From NCBI RefSeq assembly GCF_001194135.2, contig NC_068987.1, positions 47,489,494 through 47,552,801 of the forward strand: a DNA stretch of 63,308 nucleotides, written 5' to 3'. Each line of letters starts with the position of its first letter. Position 1 is the first letter of the stretch. Position numbers and translations under genes: made by a program. Positions 1 through 11,392 of this stretch are shown here, piece after piece. The notes beneath the pieces are model-generated. The model saw only the letters and a program-made list of their open reading frames with translations, was not told where the DNA came from and did no database searches. The DNA is from Octopus bimaculoides. Its lineage: Eukaryota.

Positions 1-1011
1 GAGAGAAATGAAGGTAATTAAGGTATACTGATATACAATATATGTGTATGAAGATTAGGCACTCTATGAAAATTTAGATTTAAATCTAGTAGAGGCTGGA
101 ATATTTAGAAAAATCAGTCTCAGTTAAGGGAATAAGTTTTAATATATATAGCAATTAAAAATGGAATGGGCTTTGAGCTTTATATTAGATACAATGGGTT
201 TACTAGTTTTAAAAAATCAACTAGTTTAATAAAAATGATAAATTAAAGAAATATATCAAGTGTGTTATAAACAATGCAAATGTTTTATTTGTAGGCAAGT
301 TTTATTTGTAGGCAATTTAGTGATATTACTATGGGGGTGTAATTATAGTCCTCTTTTAGCTGACTATACTTGGCATCTTGTAAGTTTAGCTTTTTTAATG
401 ATTTATAGAAAAAGAAGTTAGGTTTAGTTATGCAGTTAAGTGGCTATTATAGAAAAAAATATGGATGGTATTTTCATTCCAAATTATAGTTTATTTTAGT
501 GATTATTATACAAAATTCATCATAGGCATTAGATAGCTAGCAGAAATGATGAGGATGTTAAGCTTTATTCTCTAGTTGTTTCAGTTGATATTTGTAATAA
601 ATCTTTTGTTACTAATAAGACTTAAGAATTTAATTTTAAAGTAACTACTATGCTGTACATGGACAGCTGTACATGCCTATTAGACTAGTATATTACATAT
701 TTACTGCATATGTTGAGGTCAATTTGTTCAAGGCTTGGCTGATATACCCATAAGTTGTTTCTCTTCCTCCTGCTCATTGGTTTGTGATGATCATTTCTAA
801 TTTGGTGTCCAATGACTGAAACAAGTAATACAAGTAATAATTTTATAATATGTATGATTAGTTAAGTTTGTATTGCAAAAAGATTACATTCATTGAAATC
901 TAAATTTACTTAGTAATACTTTTAGTGAGTCTGTAGTTATTTCATGTTTACAAACAAAGTAGAAAATTTGAAATTTAAGATTGATAATAAATTATTGCTA
1001 ATTTTTAGAGC

Positions 1012-1866
1012 ACAAGAAAAGCTGAACATAAGAAGCATCAGTTGTGGTGTGCAAGAGAGGCGATTGCGCTGGTATGGACATGTGGTGAGAATGGACAAGG
1101 ATAGCTGCGTGAAAAAGTGCCACACCCTAACAATTGAGGGAACCCGTGGAAGAGGTAGGCCCAGGAAGACTTGGGCTGAGGTGGTGAGGCAAGACCTTTG
1201 AACATTGGGCTTCACCGAGGCAATGACTACTGACCGAGACCTTTGGAAATGTGCTGTGCATGAGAGGACCCGGCAAGCCAAGTGAGACCTAAATCCAAGG
1301 CCTCTGCCCTCTGCCAGGGGTGTAGCCAGCCCACTTATGCGTACCTTTCCTACATTGGACACTAAACTCCGCTTGCAAAGACTTGTTGAGGCAAGTGAAA
1401 TGGAACTAAATTCGACGACTGGCACCCGTGCCAACGTCGTCTCCTTCATTGGACATGAAACTCAGCTTGCGAAGACTTATTGGGGCAAGCGAAAGTGAAA
1501 TTGGGATAGCACCTGTGCCCAGCGTTGCCTTTCTAGCACTTGTGCCCGTGACATGTGTAAGGATTTTCGAGCGAGATCGTTGCCAATGCTCCTGGACTGG
1601 CTCTTGTGCGGGTGGCACACAAAATACACCATTTTGAGCGTGGCCGTTGCCAGTACCGCCTGACTGGCCTTCGTGCGGGTGACACGTAAAAGCACCCACT
1701 ACACTCTCTGAGTGGTTGGCATTAGGAAGGGCATCAAGCTATAGAAACTCTGCCAAATCAGATTGGAGCCTGGTGTTGCCATCCGGTTTCACCAGTCCTC
1801 AGTCAAATCGTCCAACCCATGCTAGCATGGAAAGCGGACGTTAAACGATGATGATGATGATGATGA
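1012..1866 (+). mobile_element. 5'-truncated RTE-clade LINE: RT C-terminus, long 3' UTR and (GAT)n tail
   Basis: Translation RLRWYGHVVRMD..SCVKKC..IEG.RGRGRPRKTWAEVVRQDL is typical of the RTE ORF C-terminus. The UTR ends in ccaacccatgctagcatggaaagcggacgttaaac(gat)n, a terminus repeated many times in this window. Confidence 0.9.
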
Positions 1867-2080
1867 TTGTATTTAATGAAGCTAATTAAAGAATGTATGC
1901 TTGGGTTGTATGAAACATTACTCATGAGTTGTTTATCTCACTCTTCCTCTTATTGGTTAGTAATGATCAATTCTACTTGAGTGCCATATTTTTCTTCTGT
2001 TGTCTTTTACATGTGAGAGCTTGAAAAGGCCAGACGGTTGGAAATTAACTCTGGTGATCATTTAACCCAGTTGTTTTCAT

Positions 2081-2233
2081 TTATTTTATTTTATTTCATA
2101 TAAATGTTGTGTTCAAGATTTATAATGTTGTTGATTTGTAATCTGAGTACTTGATGAAGATTGTCCTGGATCGACTTGCCTGGGATGGCACATGTCTGCA
2201 CCTTCCCTACAAGTTTCGCCATGACACACGTCA
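2081..2233. repeat. Diverged direct duplicate of ~2951-3100 (AT-rich flank plus truncated end of the Tx1-like LINE)
   Basis: Both copies read atttcatataaatg..gttcaagatttataatgttgttgatttgtaatctgagtact..tgaagattgtcctggatcgac.tgcctgggatggcacatgtctgcaccttccctacaa. Confidence 0.85.
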
Positions 2234-2245
2234 AAATTTAGCAAC

Positions 2246-2455
2246 AAATTTTGTTGCTAAAATTTATTGGCAATAAATTGGTTATACTTCTACAATGCAC
2301 AAAATATTTTAAGAATATTTTAAATACAATTCCTAATAATTTTTAATTATAAAAACATTATGGGATTTTTTGAACATCAAATGGCTAGTAGGGTCTATCT
2401 GAGTAAAATAGGAATCAAAGGGGTCTATTGATAAAAATTGGTTGAGAAACACTGA
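2246..2455. mobile_element. Partial hAT-type MITE (right half of the family at 50499-50751)
   Basis: Colinear with 50550-50751. Ends in ggttgagaaacactg, a CAGTG..TCTCAACC-type TIR. Confidence 0.7.
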
Positions 2456-3018
2456 TCTAACCTGTTCTTTTAGTTTAAGACTGGATCTTCCTTTTATGTT
2501 TATACTGTTTTATTTATGAGTAACAAAGTTATTTATATTATTTAAATAAGTTAATATAAAGTTAATTTATTAATAAGTAATTATTTGTAGGCTTTAGTTG
2601 TCATCTTAAAAATAGCATTTATGATTTATGAGTTTGTCATACTATGTTTCTTATGTTTTATTTATTGGTGTCTACTTTATATAAGTTGATTTACTGGTAA
2701 TTGTTATATATATGCTTTAAACCAGCAAGCAATCAGAATTGTTAACATACTGTACACAATTCTCAGCAACATTTCTTCTGGTTCTTTACATTCTAAGTTT
2801 AAATTCCACAAAGTTTGACTTTGCCTTTCATCCTTTTGGTTTTGATAAAATAAATATCATTTCATGTAATTAACTGGTCCCCTTCCCACAAAATTTCAGG
2901 CCTTGTGCTAATAGTAGAAAGAATTATTTATATGCTCTATATATTTTATATTTATTTATTTTATTTCATATAAATGTGTTCAAGATTTATAATGTTGTTG
3001 ATTTGTAATCTGAGTACT

Positions 3019-6015
3019 AGGTGAAGATTGTCCTGGATCGACCTGCCTGGGATGGCACATGTCTGCACCTTCCCTACAAATTTCTCCACAACACACGTCA
3101 ACCTTTTGGCTAACATCTTGGCCAAAATCTTTAACTCTACAATAAGTAGAGTTATGGGCCTATAATTACTAATGTTATCCCCCTTGGTTGGATCCTTGTG
3201 GATCAGCGTTACCACTCCCCAACTCACAGAACTGGGAATCCTCCCATTCTATTGCCAGTTTATGTAGACGCTGGCCAACAGGTCCTCGAACAAGTCCGGC
3301 ATACTACAATAAAACTCATGGAGTAGACCATCCAACCCCGGCAACTTATCCCTGGCACACTTGGCCAACACCTCCTTTACCTCCATTGGAGTAATCAGTC
3401 CTTTACAGCATTCTACCTCCATGCTGAGAGTCGCAGCCCACCAGCTAGAAAGTCCTTTAAGGGCTACCTATGCTCAAGCACTCCGCTCTTCCCGAACAAC
3501 TGGGCGAAATGCTGGTGAAAGGCCTTTTGCATCATTTCCTGTCCATAGATCTTGAGCCCCTGTTTGTCAGTTAAAGACTTTATAGAGGCTTTTTTGCCCT
3601 TCTGACTCTTCACACGACATGCCCATCCAGCAATGTTAACACCTTTTCGACCCACTGCATGTAACTTAGCTCTAACTCTGCTGCCTTTGTGTTTGGCTTT
3701 GAGGTGATGGTACAAGGCCGTTCTCACTGCCTGCACTCTAGAAGCAGAGCCAGAGTTCGTAGCCTTGTCTAAATTCTTAACTAGTTCCTTTTCTATTCTA
3801 GATTTATATAAACTTAGCTGATTGCTAAACTCTAAACCAATGACTCTCTTGAGGGTGTGGCACCATCCATTATTAATGATGGCACCACATAGTACCCTCT
3901 GTACTAACTCCTTAATCCAGGCACGGTAGGCTTTACAAGTCAAAATAGACTTGTTCATCTTCCAGTACATGGGTCTCTGTCTATGACATTTATCTATGTG
4001 TACCTCACATGTCACAAATTTGTGGTCTGTGTAAGGTACAATAAAAAATCGTGGACAGCTAAAAGTATTCTTATCTCTATCTCTAATGAATACCCTATCT
4101 ATGTAAGATCTGTGTGAGCCGTCATTATTACTCCACGTCCACTGTGGAACGCTCGGTTCATCCAGTCTGTAATGGTCTACTAGATTATAGCTCTCTAGTA
4201 GACACTTGAGGTCAGGATTTCCTTTCCTATCAGTTGAGCCAACACCATCCACCTGTGCATCGAGGATAGTGTTAAAGTCTCCTGACAGAACTACCGTTTT
4301 TGACATCACTAGAAAGTGCTCCAGGTCTTGAAAAAACCAGACTGCACATGCTCGTTAGGAGTGTAGACAACTACCAGCCTGAAGAACTGTTTACTCTTGT
4401 GGGTCACATCCAGGATGACCGCCCTACCTTCTGGGTCCAGAAAGACAGTACTTACCTGTACATCCAAATTCTTCCTGAATAAGACTACTATGGCCCTTCC
4501 TCCTTGTTGGCTAGGAGCTATAAATTTCTCGTAGTCATTCAAAAGAGGTGAGAACACTTGTGGTCCGCTCATCTTGGACTCAGTTACAATGCACACATCT
4601 ATATCATGTGACCTGAGGTCGTCCAGGAAACAAGTTCATTTCCAGTTCGACCCCAGACCATGCACATTCATGCACCCTAACTTAATTGACATGGTATAAA
4701 AATGTTAAAGGAGTACTTACAGTTTAAGTTCGCCTACCTCCCTATTTTTCTCTTTACTTGGTGTAGCTGCTGGGCTTTTTCCAGGTGTGGCAGCCAGATT
4801 ACAATAAGCCTCCCCTCCACCACATCAGAGCTGACATCTCTTATATACCAACAAATAAAGATTTCATCTCTTATATCCTCAGGATAGTGAGATTTCAGCT
4901 CTGTAAAAAGGGTACCATCCATTTTAGCAAATCTTACATCTTTTGCTGTGTCTTTAGTTTGTTTATAAGTTATCGCCTTGTGATGGTGTTTGATCATTCT
5001 TGCTAACAGTTTGTTATTTTCCTTGAACATCACAATTTTTTTCTTGTATTTTTGGGAGGGGTTTGGTAAATGGTTTTATTATGAGGTTGGACTAGAGAGT
5101 TTCATTTTATGTGTTTGCTGTTGTTGCTTTTGTTGATTTTTTTGTTTGGGGAGGGGAGTCGGGAATGTGAATCTTTTGTGAGTGATTGTGGTGAAGTTCA
5201 TTTCTTCGTTATCTTTACTCGTGTCTGCTTTAGTTTCTATATCGTCTTTTTTGTGTTTCCCTCTTTGCTGTTTGCTTCCTTTGTCATGTTCTTCTTGCTT
5301 GTAGCTTTTGGGGAGGGGCCTCGCCATCTTTTTGGGGGGGGAGATTTGGAACGGACATAGCCTTCTCTCCACATTTGAAGCACCTGGGCCTACGTCCTTC
5401 CACAGTTACCCGCATGGATAGCCCCTTCCCTACAAACACCCTATCGGGAAAATTTTCGAGGGTTGCATTGGCCACTTGAATGACCATTTCTAAGGATTGT
5501 CCTCACCAGTTTACCGCTTCTTTTTTCGTCATTTGTAGGATTGAAATTTCTTCTTCCACATTGTACACTACTGCAGCTGCTACCCACATTACTTCATACC
5601 CTACTGGAATCTTGTCCACTGTCACTTTTGCGGTCCTGCAACCCAAGTAAGTGGGCAGCAGCATTATCTCTTCATTTTTCGACATTTGTGTAGACACCTC
5701 CTTGGCTATGCTAGCTGACTCGAAATGTGCCTCAATTGGGGTGCTTCTTTCTCCTTGGCTAATGTAGTGTACTTTATTCCAGATAGGTGCCATACATTTT
5801 TCCACTGCTTCATTTTTGCATTCATTATACGCTTTTCTTTGATGTTGTAGACTTTGTACACAACTGTTTTCGCATTAATGGCTTGTACTGTCTCAGAGGA
5901 CGGCAACAATTTGGTATCCGCTCCACTATTTTTAATTAGATTTCTAAACTTGAAAAGCTGGTCTTTTGTTACTTCAAGTTCCGTAATGTTGCAGCCCACT
6001 GTGGCTGAAAAACGA
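3019..6015 (-). mobile_element. Tx1/L1-clade LINE copy 1, degraded: ORF1 with Zn-knuckle, ORF2 APE endonuclease and first half of RT; 3' end missing
   Basis: ORF2 starts MSIKLGCMNVHG at 4692. Motifs VVLSGDFNTILD, WTW..SYIDRVF and KDPTKGDNISNYRPITLL..ELKILAK are present. ORF1 fragments include RPRCFKCGEK. Many stops and frameshifts. Confidence 0.85.
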
Positions 6016-8975
6016 ATCAGGGCAAGGGACAACAGTCAGGCAGTAGGTGATGACAGATGCAATAAACACCTGTACCACCTCCTCCCTTCCTTTCAAGGAC
6101 AGAGACCTTCCGGACCAAGTCCGGACTAGTGCCTCCACCTTGTCTTCCACCTCATTCCAATTCTTCTCCGTCTGGAAGTCCGGTCCAAACCAAACTCCAA
6201 GCAACTTAACAGGACCATCTGTCCAGTGACCCATGATACTGGACGATATCGACTTGCTCCTCCAGGTGCTGAGGCACAAGCTGATGGACTTGTCTTTGTT
6301 AACTTTTGCCCCTGCCACTGCCTCATATCCTCTGATAGCATCTTCTACACAAGGTAGCTGTGCTTCATTGGACACGATGAAGGTAAAGTCACCCACATAA
6401 GCAGAAACAGACTTACCACATCCAATTTCATTAGGGTTGCCTCCCAACTTCTCCAACTTCTGCAGCAATGGCGCAAGAGCCAACACATACAGGAGCGGAG
6501 ACAAGGGACACCCTTTAAGAACTGAGTGCTTGATCGAAAACGGCTCCATCAGGTAACTGTTTATCTGGACTGTGGACTTGATGCCACCCACGCTTTACTT
6601 TGGTCTAAATGGACCATTGCCCTTCCTTTGCTGGATAATTTACCAACCCTGTCTAAGGTGTAGTGGATAAGGTGAAGATTGTCCTGGATCAACCAGCCTG
6701 GGATTGCACATGTCTGTGCCTTCCCTACAAGTTTCTCCATTACAGCCATCAACCTTCTTACTGACATCTTGGCCAAAATCTTTAACTCTACATTAAGTAG
6801 AGTTATGGTCCTGTAATTGCTAATACTATCCCACTTGCTTGGGTCTTTCTGGACCACTCCCTGGCTCACAGAACTGGAAATCCTCCCGTTCTGTTGCCAG
6901 TTTGTATAGACTCCTGCCAGTATATCCCTGAACAAGTCCGGCATACAACAATAAAACTCATAGGGCAGACCATTCAACCCCAGTAACTTTTCCCTGGTGC
7001 ACTCGGCCAACACCTCTTTTACCTCTGCGGAAGTGATCAGTCTTTCACAGCATTCTGCCTCATGTGCCGAGAGCCACCCGGCTAAGAAGTCCTTTAAGGC
7101 CTCCCCTTGCTCAAGTGAACTGCCCCCACCGAATAAGTGGGCGAAATGCTGGTGAAAGACTTTCTGCATCTCCTTCTGTCCATAGATCTTGCACCCCTGT
7201 TCATCAGTTAAAGACTTTATAGAGGCATTTTTACCTCTCTGACTCTCCACATGACATGCCCATCCGGCAACGTTAATACCTTCTCGCTTCCCTGCACATA
7301 GCTTAGCTCTAACTCTGCAACTTTCATGCTTGGAGTTGAGGTGACGGTACTAGATCGTTCGGATCTTTTTTAAAACGGGGGCCACATTTTTCATTAATGT
7401 TTTACGTAGTCTTTTTGGTACCGAAAGACTTTCAAACTTCGTATACTTATCTATTTTGTGTTATAGAACAAAAATATTTTTGTATTCGAATTTATTTCAT
7501 GTAAAAAATTGTCTTATTTCGATAATTTCAACCAATCACTGACAAGTATTCAGTTGTTTACATTTACTCCTTTGGCTGATTAAGCGGTGTAAAGCGTATT
7601 TAATTTCCATAGCTTCGTTTTGCTTTTTTTCTTTTTAAATTTGCTGTTTTACCCTAACCCTAACCCTATCACCGATAGAATTGTTTCAGAATCGTTTGTT
7701 TATGTAGTCGGCACTTAATGTATATCGGCTGAATGGACCTCAGTGATTGGTTGAAATTACAGAAATACGACAACTTTAACATGGAATAACTTTATGTGGA
7801 CACCTATGCTACATGGCAGTGAAACATGGACTGTAACTGCAGACGATATGCAAAGGCTCGAAAGAAATGAAGCCTGCTGGATGTGCAACTTCAGTGTGCA
7901 GGTATAGCAAAGATTAAAGAAGACTAAGAGAAAAAGATGTTTTATATGACACATTCTACCAGTGTTCCAAGTTTCAAAGTGTTTCGTTAATGAAAAATGT
8001 GGCCCCCGTTTAAAAAAGGATCCGATCGTTCTCACCACCAGCATTCTAGATGCAGAGCCAGATTCCACAGCCTCGTCTAGGTTCTTAACTAAATCGCCCT
8101 CTATTCTAATCCTATCTAAACTTAGCTGATTGCTAAATCAAATGGACTCTAAATGGATGGCTCTTTTGAGGGCGTGCCACCATCTATTATTAATGATAGC
8201 ACCACATAATGCCCTCTGTATGAAAGGCTTCGCAAGTCAAAATAGACTTGTTCATCTTCCAGTACCGGGGTCCCTGTCTATGACATTTATCTAAATGTAC
8301 CTCACACGTCACAAACTTGTGATCCGTGTAAGGCACAGTACAAAACCGTGGACAACTAAAAGTATTCTTATCTCTTTTCCTAATGAATACCCTATCTAAG
8401 TACGATCTGCATGAGCCATCGTTGTTACTCCACGTCCACTGTGGAACGCTCGGCTCATCCAGTCAGTAACGGTCTACTAGATTAAAGCTCTCTAGTAGAC
8501 CCTTGAGGTCAGAATTCCCCTTCCTATCAGTTGAGTCAACACTATCCCCCCGCGCATCAAGGATATTGTAAAAGTCACCTACTAGAACTACCGTTTTAGA
8601 CGTCACTAGAAAGTGCTCCAGGTCTCAAAAAGACCAGCCTGCCTACACTTTATTGGAGCATAGACAGCCACCAACCTGAAGGACTGCTTACTTATATGTG
8701 TCACATCTAGGTCAACCAGCCTACCTTCTGGGTCCAGAAAGACAGTACGTACCTGTAAGTCCAAGCTCTTCCTGAAAAAGACTGCCACACCCCCTCCACT
8801 TCCTTGGCTAGGTGAAATAAATTTCTCGTAACCATTTAGAAGAGGTGAGAACGCTTGAGGTCTTCTCATCTTGGGCTCGGTTGCAATAGCCACATCTACT
8901 CCATGTGACCTGAAGTCATCCAGGAAACAAGCCTGTTTCCTTTTCGACCCCATTCCATGCACATTCACACAACCC
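6016..8975 (-). mobile_element. Tx1/L1-clade LINE copy 2, degraded: ORF2 endonuclease and RT only, interrupted by a TIR element
   Basis: LGCVNVHG..FLDDFRSHGVDVAIATE; NYRTITLLNVELKILAK; KGCPLSPLLYVLAL; SAYVGD (YADD position); GAKVNKDKS; VKLLGVWF; LSLKGR. Colinear with copy 1. Confidence 0.9.
7361..8023. mobile_element. Non-autonomous TIR DNA transposon (MULE/Merlin-like: GG termini, 8-bp TSD), 663 bp
   Basis: TIR ggatc(c)ttttttaaa(a)cgggggccacatttttcattaa at both ends. Perfect TSD GATCGTTC at 7353-7360 and 8024-8031. The paralogous LINE copy 1 (~3716-3723) shows the empty site. Superfamily assignment is inference. Confidence 0.9.
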
Positions 8976-9192
8976 AACGAAAATAACAACAAACAGTTCT
9001 CGTCAAAAACAGTTGTAAATTACAATAACACAAGCAAAACACGAACTCACTCCGGCAGCAACAAAAAACGTCGAAACAAAAATCAAAGAGGGTATCCACA
9101 AGAGGCAAAAACAAGTGACTTGGTAGCTGTCGATGTCTCTCCGCCTTTGAAAACATATATATTTCAACTGAAATACATTCACTGATTTTTTA

Positions 9193-9423
9193 AAATAGAA
9201 ATAATACATTTCTAAATCTCTCAAAGAGATTTATGCAATAGCAGCATGATAAAGTGATAGTATGTTGTCAACTTAATGTGACAGTCCCATGAAAGGGAAG
9301 AATGCTACTGTTATTTAGCCCTAGGAAGCACCGTTTCCTGTTGGACTTGACACATTTCCTGTGTCCTTATGCTGCTACTGCATAAATCTCTTTGAGAGAT
9401 TTAGAAACGTATTATTTCTATTT
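9193..9423. repeat. 55-bp inverted repeat pair with a ~120-bp spacer
   Basis: 9193-9247 versus the reverse complement of 9369-9423, 2 mismatches. Confidence 0.85.
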
Positions 9424-9454
9424 CCCCAATTGTGTTAAATATGTTTTCATCATC

Positions 9455-9670
9455 ATCATCATCATCCTCATCATCATCATCGTCATCATCATCTAATGTC
9501 TATTTTTCTTGTTGGCATGGGTTGGACGGTTCTACAGCAATTTGGAAGTTAGACTGCAACAAACTCTGCTGTTTGTTTTGGCATGGTTTCTTTGGCTGGA
9601 TACCCTTACCAGCACCAACCACTTTACAAAATGTACCGGGTGCTTTTTATGTGGATCCAGCAACAGTGAG
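9455..9670 (-). mobile_element. Old RTE 3' tail with (TCA)n
   Basis: Reverse complement of the shared RTE terminus, next to a (TCA)n run. Confidence 0.7.
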
Positions 9671-10519
9671 GTTACCAAGTAACTTGCAGAACAAGACGCC
9701 TCAAATGAGGTTTGGGGGGAGTAGTATTGAGGGACAAAAAGGGAGACATGCATTAGAGAGGAAACATGATTGCTTCAAGTGAGGTGAGAGTGGAGGAGAG
9801 TGAGAAAAGGAAGAGAGAGGGAGAAGATGGTCAAGATGTGAGAGTGAGTGGACCTGAGATCGGAGAAGGTGAGTGGGTAGGTTCCTGAGACTGCAAAAGG
9901 ACAGAGGTTGATGGAGGGGGATGTAGTGAGAAGACACAAGTAGAGAGAAAAGGTATTAGGAGGATATGCTCTGGGGAAGAAATTCAGTGGGGACATATAG
10001 TGTGTAGGTAGGTACATGTGGTAGAGTGGGGGGAAATGCAGTGAGTGGTGAGCATGAAAGGTGGAAGGGGTATAGGGAAGATGGGCTGTGGAGGAGGTGG
10101 GGACCGATTGTGTGGGGAGGGGAGGCATGGACACGAAGGACATGTCTTTATGGCCTCACTTTTACTTAGCTGGCAAGTCTGAAGCATAGTAAATTGCCAA
10201 ATGTCTTAATCATTTCGTCTGTGAAGCTTAATATTTGAAGATCTGTGGTTTAAAGGTACAAAATAAAGTTGCTTGTACCTCAAGTTGTAATCGGGGACAA
10301 CAGCTAAATCATTCAGTTGTAATCATATGTTGACTCTACCGATCTCTTGCCAGCTAGGACCACTATGCATGGCTGCTATTAGAACACGACTTGCCTTGCC
10401 CGCAGACATTGTAAGAAAGAGGCCAACTTTACCTGTTGCTCACTGACATGACGTCATCTCCTCCCCTTTCAATCTACCCGCAACATCTCTCTTCCTCCCT
10501 GCCAGTCAATTAGCCTTCC

Positions 10520-10940
10520 ACCACAAGATCATTTGTTCCACATCTTGAGTCTTCTTCTTTCAAAGGTTCCCTCCATATTTATTGACTGGCACCTCTATAT
10601 GGAGCTGTCCTCCTCCTCCATGCCAACACAGTCTCCTCTCTTGCACACTACAAATGATGTCTTTTACATCCAATTTTATCCTTAGTACATTTTAATCTTT
10701 GCTATACCTGCACACTGAAGTTGCACATCCAGCAGGCTTCATTTCTTTCGAGCCTTTGCATATCGTCTGCAGTTACAGTCCATGTTTCACTGCCATGTAG
10801 CATAGGTGTCCACATAAAGCTTCATACAATCTGCCTTTCACTCTGAAAGAGAGGCTTTTGTTATCAACAAAGGTAATAACTCTCTGAACTTTGTCCAACT
10901 GGTTCTTATTCTAACTATTACACTTTCAGAGCAACTGCTT
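10520..10940 (-). mobile_element. Old RTE RT C-terminal fragment
   Basis: Homologous to 26170-26560 and 49290-49730 (MLHGSETWTVT..L.RNEA..VQERRL.W). Confidence 0.8.
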
Positions 10941-11055
10941 CCATTGCTAATATGAAGGGCTAAAGGTAATTTTTTTTTATAGGAATATACTGCTTTGTAA
11001 GAAGTTATAGCTTAATGAGTTTGGAAAGCTACCATATGGCAGATATGAAGTATAA

Positions 11056-11140
11056 ACCACCACCACCACCACCACCATTGCCACCGCTGCTGCTGCCGCC
11101 ACTGCCGCCACTGCCACCACCACCACCACCACCACCACCT
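11056..11140. repeat. (CCA/CCG)n trinucleotide tract
   Basis: Direct reading; explains the poly-Pro and poly-Trp ORF calls. Confidence 0.9.
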
Positions 11141-11392
11141 GCATGTGAACTTAACGTGCAAGTGGCTGAGCAATCTACAAACATGCCTGCTCTTAATATA
11201 GATCTCAGGGAGATTTAGCATGGCAGAATGTGACGAAGTTGGATCTTTGAAATACAGGTACTACTCACATTTGCCAGCTGAGTGGACTGGAGCAATGTGA
11301 AATAAAGTGTTTTACTCAAGGACATAATGCACTGCTAGGTATTGAACTCACAACCTTATGATCTTGAGCTGAATACCCTAACTACTTAGCCA
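11141..11392 (-). mobile_element. tRNA-derived SINE, family C (second copy ~34490-34650)
   Basis: Minus strand reads gtggctaagtagttagggtattc..gtgagttcaatacc..gtccttgagtaaaacactttatttcac: A/B-box head plus conserved body. Confidence 0.7.

Noticed and set aside
11015-11218. Proline-rich ORF
   Set aside because: Translation of a (CCA/CCG)n tract running into a SINE.
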